This document shows positions 33,347-41,470 of a stretch of DNA of 64,000 nt, piece after piece. Position numbers and translations under genes: made by a program. How positions within the stretch are numbered: position 1 is the stretch's first letter; each line of letters starts with the position of its first letter. The notes beneath the pieces were generated by a model that was not told where the DNA came from, did not search any database, and saw only the letters and a list, made by a program, of their open reading frames with translations. The DNA comes from Chamaesiphon sp. (GTDB lineage: Bacteria; Cyanobacteriota; Cyanobacteriia; Cyanobacteriales; Chamaesiphonaceae): assembly GCA_965246715.1 (NCBI GenBank), contig CBDFFH010000039.1:32001-96000 (forward strand), in the 5' to 3' direction.

Positions 33347-33628
33347 TATTTCGCTCCCAGCTATTTAATTTTGTCGAATCGGAGAACGGCGACTCATCAT
33401 TTGCATTTGCCGAACGGAAAATGAAAGTTGTATCGGTAGTCATAAATAAAATCGATCGATTAGCGGACGCAGATGCTCGAATCGAAGGGTGTCAGCTTTT
33501 TTTCCATCCCCCCAGGGCAGAAAACCACAGCGCAACAGTACGCCGATCGAAGCTAGATTTGAAGCTGTCGTATTGGCACTTACTTTTTTGACATTGCAGT
33601 GCGATCTAGATTGTGAATAGTTAGCAAT

Positions 33629-34156
33629 CTAACTACGGCTTTCAGGATCTATCGAGTTGAAAAAATGTGAAATATCTGCTGTAGCTCTGATGTGATAAAT
33701 ACTTTTGATGCTTTTTACTCGATCGATATATTCGCGATATTTCGGAGTCAAATATTTGTGACACAACAAAATTACCTTATAACTATTGAGCGAACTTTTA
33801 AAGATCGGACTTTGTTCCGGCCAGCCTTCGGGCGGTTTAAAGCTACCGGTAATCAGTCGTTTCGTCACCCACCAAAAATGCACGTACAGCGGTAGATCGA
33901 TATAGACTAGGGTGTCTGCGGCATCGAGTCGCTGCCACAGGGTTTCCATACAACCAAGTCCATCGATAATCCAGCGATCGGTCAGCAAAATTTCCTGATG
34001 GCGGCGTTGATAATCTTGCATCGGCACCTCAATACCACCCGATCGATATTGGATTTTATCTAATGGGTAAAGTGGCAAACCAGTTAGTTCTGCTAATTTC
34101 TTACTTAGAGTTGATTTACCGCCGCCAGTGTTGCCAAATACTGCTATTTTTTTCAT
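33629..34156 (-). CDS. Adenylate-kinase-like P-loop protein (FlaR/topology-modulation family)
   Basis: GNTGGGKSTL, WIIDG. Confidence 0.8.
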   Translation of the reverse strand: MKKIAVFGNTGGGKSTLSKKLAELTGLPLYPLDKIQYRSGGIEVPMQDYQRRHQEILLTDRWIIDGLGCMETLWQRLDAADTLVYIDLPLYVHFWWVTKRLITGSFKPPEGWPEQSPIFKSSLNSYKVILLCHKYLTPKYREYIDRVKSIKSIYHIRATADISHFFNSIDPESRS

Positions 34157-34177
34157 GTTAGGAGTTATTTGAGATTG

Positions 34178-34705
34178 TCAGTTTTTAAAGTTATCGAGAT
34201 CGCTAGTTATCCACCAAATTTGGCTACCAGCACCAGCAAAGCCGAGCGCAAATAGTAGTCCGGATAGGACATATAAAAAGCCTAGGGTCGGAACGAAATA
34301 GCCGACAAAACCGAAGATCGTCGAGAGTCCTAACATCACCAGCATCCAGCGCGGGAGTTTATTTGCCATCCACGCACCAATGACTAACAAGTCTAACCCC
34401 ACTGCCAGGATGACCGCACCAACGGGATATAGACCGACCCCAAACATCTCACCATCAGGCCCGATAATCATGCCATCACCAACGATCGCGAGCAAAAAGC
34501 CAAAAAGCCCCCATGTTCCTGCGGCTTCATGCAGTAAGCCATATATCCCCATGATGCCAAACAGGATAAATATATCGGTAAACAGGTAAAGTAATTCGAG
34601 TCGATCGGGTGTTAACACACCAGGGTCGAAGGAGCTAATCCCACGGAGAATTCCCGCGATAATTGCCGCCAGACCGCCCAACCGTAGAAGATTATTCCGA
34701 GACAT
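34178..34705 (-). CDS. Hypothetical integral membrane protein
   Basis: about six hydrophobic helices; overlaps upstream VOC stop. Confidence 0.7.
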   Translation of the reverse strand: MSRNNLLRLGGLAAIIAGILRGISSFDPGVLTPDRLELLYLFTDIFILFGIMGIYGLLHEAAGTWGLFGFLLAIVGDGMIIGPDGEMFGVGLYPVGAVILAVGLDLLVIGAWMANKLPRWMLVMLGLSTIFGFVGYFVPTLGFLYVLSGLLFALGFAGAGSQIWWITSDLDNFKN

Positions 34706-35208
34706 ATATTACCCCTCCTCGTCGATCTAGTGTCAATCCAATTTCTTGCCCGAACGAAAGTTCGAGCGTATGACCGTCAGGATCGCGTAAAAAAGCCCAG
34801 TAACCGATGGGACACCCCGATTTGGGTTCTTGAATCAACACCCCTGCTTGACGTGCGGCATCACATAGGACATCCATATCGGCGCGACTTTTGCAGCCGA
34901 CTCCTAGATGTGCCAAGGGCGAGAGAACGGGAGTTACTTCTTCTTTTTGAATCAGCACGACGACAAACGGACGAGTGAGATCCGACAGCCACACTACAGC
35001 CACGCCTGTCTCAGCATCGATCCGCCGATGCACGATTTGCATTCTGGCATACTTGGCGTAGAATTCGATACTCCGCTCGACATCCAAGACAGGAAGCCCA
35101 ATGTGTGAGAGTCCAAGATCGATAGTTGTTCTTTCTGGCTCCAATAACTCGATGCGATTGCCAAAGGGGTCGGAGACAAACACGCGGTTATAACCCTCCA
35201 GCGGTTCG
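34692..35208 (-). CDS. VOC/glyoxalase protein, 5'-truncated tandem-domain gene
   Basis: EPLEGYNRVFVSDPFGNRIEL (tail of a first VOC domain) then LSHIGL...DPDGHTLEL. Confidence 0.75.
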
Positions 35209-35263
35209 GCGGTAAAGTAAAGGGATCCCTAATGTCAAGACAAAAAAGGATAATACAGAGGGA

Positions 35264-35440
35264 TGGTGCATCAACCGTTTGAGCGAATCAATTATTAGTA
35301 AAGCTGCACAGTCCGAGATTGCGATCGAATATGGTACTCAACCAGCCAGGGCAAGTCCTACCGTTCGCGAAGCGTCTCGGAACGAGAATCGAGCCAGAGA
35401 AATTGCCCTAGCTGCCTATGCCAAACGAACAGTTTCATAG
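35264..35440 (+). pseudogene. cas12k: Cas12k C-terminal fragment (type V-K CAST effector)
   Basis: WCINRLSESIISKAAQSEIAIEYGTQPARASPT[24-bp insert]RAREIALAAYAKRTVS* resembles the recalled Cas12k tail WSYGRLIQSIQSKAAQTGIVIEEGKQPIRGSPHDKAKELALSAY; followed by tracrRNA-like sequence and repeats. Confidence 0.8.
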
Positions 35441-35477
35441 CTTGCAAATTCTGCACCTAGAAAATAGAATATAGATA

Positions 35478-35580
35478 CTAATAATCGCGTCGCGTTGAAT
35501 GATGGCAACAACCACTGCAACGTGCAAAATGAGGGTTTGTTTGACGGTGGAAAACCCGTTTTACTTTCTGACCTTAGTTG
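35478..35580 (+). ncRNA. Type V-K tracrRNA, 5' half only
   Basis: taatcgcgtcgc...aaatgagggtttgtttgacggt...ttactttctgacc resembles recalled ShCAST tracrRNA AAATGAGGGTTAGTTTGACTGT...TTGCTTTCTGACC; 3' part not recognisable. Confidence 0.75.
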
Positions 35581-35670
35581 AATTTAGATCTAGTGCGAGA
35601 AGTATGATTGGCTAGGTTCGCGATCGACATGCCTTAAATCCTTATGGGGCAGACATGATTTACAACTAAC

Positions 35671-35846
35671 GTCGCAACCATTCTTCCTCATGATGAGTGG
35701 TTGAAAGGACTAGAAACCCGCTTCAACAATGATGGAGTCCTCGTCGCAACTATTCTTCCTCGTGACGAGTAGTTTAAAATCTTTTGTATTGATATAGCAA
35801 GCGTTCTCCCTGCCAAGAATAGTTGAAAGGTAATCAATTGGTCGTG
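35671..35846 (+). CRISPR. Degenerate type V-K mini-array with tRNA-homing spacer
   Basis: R1 35671-35707 GTCGCAACCATTCTTCCTCATGATGAGTGGTTGAAAG; 35-nt spacer; R2 35743-35779; 14-nt spacer; R3 35794-35829; 17-nt spacer 35830-35846 identical to tRNA-Thr sense strand. Confidence 0.85.
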
Positions 35847-35937
35847 AATTACTTTGTAAAAAATAATAAAGTCACGTAATTCGACAAACCAGATAATCCT
35901 CAGTTCCAATATGAGTTTACAACAATAGCTGGCAAGC

Positions 35938-36014
35938 AGTGACAAATAACTAGTTAAATTGAAACTAATCTGTTAACAGTGACAAATAATTAGTTAATGT
36001 ACGGCGAATGTACA
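35938..36014 (-). mobile_element. Tn7-like/CAST transposon end with TnsB-type binding sites
   Basis: minus strand TGTACATTCGC-CGTACATTAACTAATTATTTGTCACTGTTAACAGATTAGTTTCAATTTAACTAGTTATTTGTCAC starting 2 nt past the tRNA 3' end. Confidence 0.8.
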
Positions 36015-36016
36015 TA

Positions 36017-36088
36017 AGCCGATGATGGGATTTGAACCCACGACCAATTGATTACGAATCAACTACTCTACCACTGAGCCACATCGGC
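36017..36088 (-). tRNA. tRNA-Thr(CGT)
   Basis: GCCGATG acceptor stem, GTTGA-TTCGTAA-TCAAT anticodon arm, GGTTCAAATCC T-loop. Confidence 0.95.
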
Positions 36089-36145
36089 AGGGTTAGGTAA
36101 GATGAATATACCTAGTCTTCTATTATAAATCGGCTCGATCGCAAT

Positions 36146-36412
36146 ATGACAACTCCAAAGCCAAAACAATCGATCGATCCCGAACTTTATCGTCGCCTCC
36201 AATCTGAGGCCAAAAACCCCTTCCGCTCGTTTCGCCGCTTCTTCTACTTCAGTTTTGCTGGCTCTGCGGCAATCGGTGGCGTGGTATTTGTCGCCAAACT
36301 AGCCGCTGGTAGAGAGCTAGAGACTACTATCCCTAACCTTGCCATTCAAGCTGGGGCTGTCGCGCTATTTGTGTGGTTATTGACTATCGACAAAGATAAA
36401 GAAGATAAGTAG
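36146..36412 (+). CDS. DUF3493 family membrane protein
   Basis: RLQSEAKNPFRSFRRFFY..F.GSA.IG. Confidence 0.8.
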   Translation: MTTPKPKQSIDPELYRRLQSEAKNPFRSFRRFFYFSFAGSAAIGGVVFVAKLAAGRELETTIPNLAIQAGAVALFVWLLTIDKDKEDK

Positions 36413-36505
36413 GATCGAACCTAACCCAACTCAAAATCTTAGAAACAGCTCAAACCCAGACTGTGAAAAATGCCCACTCTCTGGATACTTTAGATAGAGG
36501 ATAAG

Positions 36506-36733
36506 TTATAGGGATTCAAATAGTGCGGTAAATCCTTCTAAACTCTGACATTCATCCGTAAATTCTTCCGTATCACTCACATCTTCGAGTTGGTAAGACA
36601 TAATCCGAAGACCATCTCCAGGCATTTTTTTGGAAGAGAGTAAAGTGGCTGGATATTTTTCGGCGATTGTTGTAAAGGTTTTGCCATGAATGCGCCAGCT
36701 ATCATCAGAACATTGAATCGTTACACGCCACAT
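36506..36733 (-). CDS. Hypothetical protein
   Basis: 75-aa ORF, ATG start, plausible composition. Confidence 0.55.
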   Translation of the reverse strand: MWRVTIQCSDDSWRIHGKTFTTIAEKYPATLLSSKKMPGDGLRIMSYQLEDVSDTEEFTDECQSLEGFTALFESL

Positions 36734-37048
36734 GGAGAAATCCTGGTTATTTTTTTAAGGCTGCTGAGGATCATTGTGTCATGATTCAGCCCAGAGTGAG
36801 CGATCGATTGCGATCGCTAGGTTAATTAAGATCGATCGAATTTGTAGAGATTTGCAGGATGAATAGCTCTCACCATATAGGTTTGAAGGTATTTTATTTC
36901 GTTTGTACGTCCTTGTCTCGATCGAATCGATGACTTTAAGTTTATTTGTTGAGTGGGTACTTTATTTCAGTGAGATCTCCGAAAGCGAAGAATGTATTCG
37001 ATTTGCAAGTATAGTGTCCTGATACGAGACAAAATATGGCAGACAAAA

Positions 37049-37636
37049 ATGGACTTCTCAGTTGTCAATTTGGGTGCAGATATTTTACTATTCGAGCGGT
37101 TGCTCGACCCAGAATTGTGCCAGCACATCATTCAAATTACTGAGTGCTATCAGCTCGAACCAGCCAGAATTGAGATCGGAAGTGTCGCAAATCTCATTCG
37201 GAGCAATGACCTTTTATTCTTAGGTAACGAACATAATTCTTTGCTTGCCTCAACAAATCAACTTTTATTAGAAAAAATTAATATTGTTCAGCAGTATCTC
37301 GATCGAGACTACGGTGTTAAATTTACAAATACTGAAACTTGCTCGATTTTACGATATCAACCCGGTCAATTTTATCAGCGACATATCGACAATTTTCTCT
37401 TGTCCGATCGCTTTGAAGAAGTAGCTCGTAATGTACCAATTAGAGATGTTAGTGTGGTTGGCTACTTAAACGAAAATTTTACAGGCGGAGAAACATTTTT
37501 CGATCGCCAAAATCTAAAAGTGAAACCACAACAGGGCAGTGCGATCGTCTTTCCATCAGATTATACTCACCCACACCAATCTTTACCAGTGATTACCGGA
37601 CAAAAGTATGTTTTTACAAGCTGGTTGTTTCATTAA
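37049..37636 (+). CDS. 2OG-Fe(II) oxygenase (prolyl hydroxylase-like)
   Basis: RY.PGQFY.RHID, GGETFF, H.S.PV..G.KY. Confidence 0.88.
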   Translation: MDFSVVNLGADILLFERLLDPELCQHIIQITECYQLEPARIEIGSVANLIRSNDLLFLGNEHNSLLASTNQLLLEKINIVQQYLDRDYGVKFTNTETCSILRYQPGQFYQRHIDNFLLSDRFEEVARNVPIRDVSVVGYLNENFTGGETFFDRQNLKVKPQQGSAIVFPSDYTHPHQSLPVITGQKYVFTSWLFH

Positions 37637-37779
37637 GATCGAGCTGGTCGCTGAGCAATTAGACTGTGCCCACTCTATCCAACCGAGTCGATCGAGAGCT
37701 AAGCACTTGAGTTAAGTTAAAATACAAGTAATCTGAAATATTGTCTAGTGAGATTTTCGCTATGATTCAATTAGCAACG

Positions 37780-39267
37780 CAGGGTGAACGCATCAAAACA
37801 GGATTTATTTCGATCGAGAGCCACTAAAATAGGCGATTAATGATATTCGATTGCTTAACTACAATTACGACAATATCAATAAAATCGAAACCAAAGACGA
37901 GGTTAAATTAACTCAATTTAGTCCGGCAAAAGTGCGGCTAAAGATATTTAGCCAAATTCATACTCTGGGGTTAGTTAAATTTAGGCTAAAATAGCCTCTA
38001 GAAGTTCGCGCGAATATTCTTCATCAAGGCTCGCAAGAAATCGCTTCTTCCTAACACTTAGTTTTCGACTCTTGTTCTGACTCATTATATTAACTGCTAT
38101 ATGTCTTAAAACAGCAAAATTAGCTGGAGCATTATCTTTTCTAATTCGACTAATGTCTTCTTTGAAAATAACATCAAGTACCCAATGGAGTGAATTTTCT
38201 ATCGACCAATGACCTCTGATTGCTTCTGCTAGTTTTTCAACATTATCTTCTAAGCTACTGATGAAATAACGAGCTTCTACGCTGGTTTTTTCATTGACAA
38301 CTCGAACTGATTCTACCATGCAAATACTAGTCAGATTTTGCCATTTTAGCAATGGATCTATTGATGTTGCAATGTCTGATATCATTAGGTAATTACGAGT
38401 TTCCTCTCTACCTCTATTCATCTCTCTACTGCTGAAGCTATGCGTTTTCAGACTTTCACCACGAGTTTTAATCGCCTGTTTGAATAGCTGTTCTACCCTT
38501 TCATATAAACTTGGTTGATTCTTTTTGACAGCAATTACATAATCTGCTTCTTTTTTGACAATTTTCTTGACTATTTCTCGCTGACATCCCATTGCATCAA
38601 TTGTCACTATACATCCAGCTAGATCTAAGGCATTAATCAACTCAGGCAATGCAGTAATTTCATTTGATTTACTCTCGACTTTTGTTTGTCCTAATACTAA
38701 TCTATTACTTGCTGCCCAAGCACTGACCGTATTAATTACTCCTTTACCATTTTTTTCGTCTCTTGAATTTCGAGATTGTTTTCCATCAAATGCGATTATC
38801 TCTCCTGCTGTTATTTTACTTATTCCTTTAATCCAATGCAGGAAAGATTTATTGAATTCTTCAGGATTAATTTGTGAAAATACCCGTGCAAATGTATCGT
38901 GAGATGGTATCCCATTCGGTAATTCTAGAAATTCCTCCAGCCATTTTTTTCTGGTGATGCCATACAGCTCTATGTCTTCCCATCCATCTGCTCCACATAC
39001 TACTGCACAAATCGAGATCGTGATAATATCGATTAGTTTGTGTTTTTTCCCCCGTTCAATTCTAATGTCTTTTATGTCACCAAAGTGTTCTGCGATACTA
39101 TGCCTTGGCTTTAGCTTCATTTGACGCGATCTGAATTTCCAATAAATATAACATAATTAACTGGCTATACTTGTTTACCATTAAAGCTTTCATACTTTTC
39201 GTAATTCAAATCTGCAACTGATTTGCGAGGATTTTAAATAGTAGGAAATTTAAGTGCGTTCACCCTG
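37780..39267 (-). mobile_element. ISAs1-family IS, copy 1 (1488 bp)
   Basis: TIR cagggtgaacgca/tgcgttcaccctg; 10-bp TSD attagcaacg. Confidence 0.95.
37981..39120 (-). CDS. ISAs1 transposase
   Basis: PSHDTF, FDGK, TIDAMGCQ, HWSIENSLHWVLDV. Confidence 0.95.
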   Translation of the reverse strand: MKLKPRHSIAEHFGDIKDIRIERGKKHKLIDIITISICAVVCGADGWEDIELYGITRKKWLEEFLELPNGIPSHDTFARVFSQINPEEFNKSFLHWIKGISKITAGEIIAFDGKQSRNSRDEKNGKGVINTVSAWAASNRLVLGQTKVESKSNEITALPELINALDLAGCIVTIDAMGCQREIVKKIVKKEADYVIAVKKNQPSLYERVEQLFKQAIKTRGESLKTHSFSSREMNRGREETRNYLMISDIATSIDPLLKWQNLTSICMVESVRVVNEKTSVEARYFISSLEDNVEKLAEAIRGHWSIENSLHWVLDVIFKEDISRIRKDNAPANFAVLRHIAVNIMSQNKSRKLSVRKKRFLASLDEEYSRELLEAILA

Positions 39268-39885
39268 ATTAGCAACGCAAACTACTACTTTCGATGAGTT
39301 TATTGCTTGGCTGCCAGAGAGCGCAGAGCACTGCTATGAATTGCAGAATGGGGTAATTATTGAAATGCCAAAGCCTAGAGGTAAACATTCTCAGATTGGT
39401 GCCTGGATAACTGGTCAGCTATTTAAAGAGATCGAGCGACTTGGATTGACTTATTTTATGCCGATCGATTGCATTATTAAGTCTGTTGATAGCCTGTCGG
39501 GTTATGAGCCAGCTGTTACCGTTGTAAATACCCACGGATTAGGCGAAGAAGCTCGATGGGAACAGGAATCGATTTTGACACTAGGAGCTACGATTCCTTT
39601 ATTAGTAGAAGTGGTGCCTACTAATTGGCAGGATGATTATTTGACTAAATATTCTGCTTATCAAGATTTGGGGATAGCTGAGTATTGGATTGTGGATTAT
39701 CTCGGATTGGGTGGACGGAGATTTATTGGTAATCCCAAGCAGCCAACTATTTCTATCTGTCAGTTAGTTGATGGTGAATTTGATGTGCAATTTTTTAGAG
39801 ATGCAGAAAAGTTACAATCATCTATCTTTCCAGATCTGGAATTAACAGCCAACCAAATATTTACGCTGTAGCCGATCGATCTGTC

Positions 39886-40143
39886 ATGAGTGCTGAAATA
39901 GAAATGCGATGGATTGATGCTTGGAACGACCTCTACGAGTTGCTAAAAGAGCATCATGGCGATGTGCAATATGGGGTGCCGTGTCTATTACCAGACGGTC
40001 GAGTTGTTGATGTTGAAGAATGCCTTGGTTGGTTACAGGATTCGGCGTACGAGCGCTATTATCTCAAAGTCGAGCGAGGCTGGGTTTGGGGAAAGCACGG
40101 AATCGTCGTAAGTAAATATTGTCTAGACAATAAAAATGGATGA
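39886..40143 (+). CDS. Hypothetical protein
   Basis: 85-aa ORF between Uma2 and mazE. Confidence 0.55.
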   Translation: MSAEIEMRWIDAWNDLYELLKEHHGDVQYGVPCLLPDGRVVDVEECLGWLQDSAYERYYLKVERGWVWGKHGIVVSKYCLDNKNG

Positions 40144-40226
40144 TGAAAATCGAGCGTTTTTGAAATTCGACTTGTGTCCACCTTCTCGATCGATGTATAA
40201 TTAATGTATAAACATTTTAATCTGTA

Positions 40227-40481
40227 TTGCTAGTGAACCAATTGCAAGTTGTGACTAAATGGGGTAACAGCCTGGGAGTAAGAATTCCGAGCGTTCTTGC
40301 CAAGCAAATAGAATTAACCGAAGGAATGCAGGTGGGGATTAGTGTTGTGGATGGCAAGTTAGTCATTGCACCAGAAAACCGGAAAAAATATACCCTTGAA
40401 GAACTACTCGATGGCATGACTCCAGATCGGTGTCATTCTGAAGTTGAAATGGGAGCACCAGTTGGTAATGAAATCTGGTAA
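40227..40481 (+). CDS. mazE: AbrB/MazE antitoxin
   Basis: KWGNSLGVRIP...YTLEELL...GNEIW. Confidence 0.9.
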   Translation: MLVNQLQVVTKWGNSLGVRIPSVLAKQIELTEGMQVGISVVDGKLVIAPENRKKYTLEELLDGMTPDRCHSEVEMGAPVGNEIW

Positions 40482-40833
40482 TCCTTCGATCTATGTTCCA
40501 GAGCGAGGGGATATTGTCAAACTCAACTTTAGTCCACAAATAGGACACGAGCAAGCAGGCTATCGTCCAGCGTTAATTCTTTCTCCAGCTCGGTATAATC
40601 AGATCTCATCGCTGGCGTTGATGTGTCCGATTACCAATCAGTCGAAAGGATGGAGCTTTGAAGTAGAAATCAGTGAAGGAATGCAAACAACTGGAGTTGT
40701 TTTGAGCGACCAAGTGAAAAGTTTTGATTGGCGATCGCGACAGGTAAAATTTGTCGAGCGAGTTACTGATGAATTAGTTGAAGAAGTGTTAGCGAAAGTT
40801 GAAACTCTTTTGAGTTTCACCATGTCGAGATAA
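40468..40833 (+). CDS. mazF: MazF/PemK endoribonuclease toxin
   Basis: PERGDIV..NFSPQIGHEQAGYRPALILS, DQVKSFDW. Confidence 0.92.
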   Translation: MKSGNPSIYVPERGDIVKLNFSPQIGHEQAGYRPALILSPARYNQISSLALMCPITNQSKGWSFEVEISEGMQTTGVVLSDQVKSFDWRSRQVKFVERVTDELVEEVLAKVETLLSFTMSR

Positions 40834-40941
40834 GAATGTACCTTAATGATTTTAACCCCGATCGATCGAATCCAACCTAACCCAAAATCTCAGAACCAGC
40901 CCAAACCCAGATTGTTAATAACACAAGGACAATTTTCAATA

Positions 40942-41331
40942 ATGAAAACACAGCTAACACTCGAACAACAGGAAGCAGTTGATGTCTATACACGTTTTGA
41001 TGGTAACTTTATCGATTCTGATATTGAATGGATAACTTATCCAGCACTATTTGACTTTTACATCAATGAATTAAACTATGAGCACGATCCAAAAGAGTGG
41101 GATATCTACAAAAAAGTTTTAACGGAATGTGGTTGCTGGTTTTTACCAGGAGGAAGACATTGGATAATTTGCGATCGACCTATCAAATTAGTACTCGATG
41201 AGGAAGGAAACCTTCATGCAGATGGTGAGCCATCGATCGTATATTCTGATGGTTTCGCACTATATGCCGAACATGGCAAAATACAATCAATGGTAATGCC
41301 CGATCGAACCCAATCCAACCCAAAATCCTAA
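40942..41331 (+). CDS. DUF6745-like protein, probably C-terminally truncated
   Basis: CGCWF...IICDRP..L..DEEGNLHADGEPSIVYSDGFALYAEHG. Confidence 0.55.
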   Translation: MKTQLTLEQQEAVDVYTRFDGNFIDSDIEWITYPALFDFYINELNYEHDPKEWDIYKKVLTECGCWFLPGGRHWIICDRPIKLVLDEEGNLHADGEPSIVYSDGFALYAEHGKIQSMVMPDRTQSNPKS

Positions 41332-41470
41332 AACCAGCCCAAACCCAGACAGTGGAAACATCCCACCCCACAAACCTACTTGCACCGAGCGAAGTCGAAG
41401 TGTCCCCTCCCTTTACAACCCAAACCCAGAGAGGGAAAATAAACACTAGTACGATCGAGGAAGAAGTAAC

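Larger units (their letters stand above)
37762..39871 (+). pseudogene. Uma2-family endonuclease interrupted by ISAs1
   Basis: MIQLAT|IS|QTTTFDEFIAWLPE...YELQNG...; in frame once IS and one TSD are removed; GIAEYWIVD. Confidence 0.85.

Noticed and set aside
33283..33591. 102-aa plus-strand ORF
   Set aside because: Antisense to a minus-strand gene run and lacks motifs
35688..35945. 85-aa minus-strand ORF
   Set aside because: Overlies the CRISPR repeats and transposon end; no protein motifs
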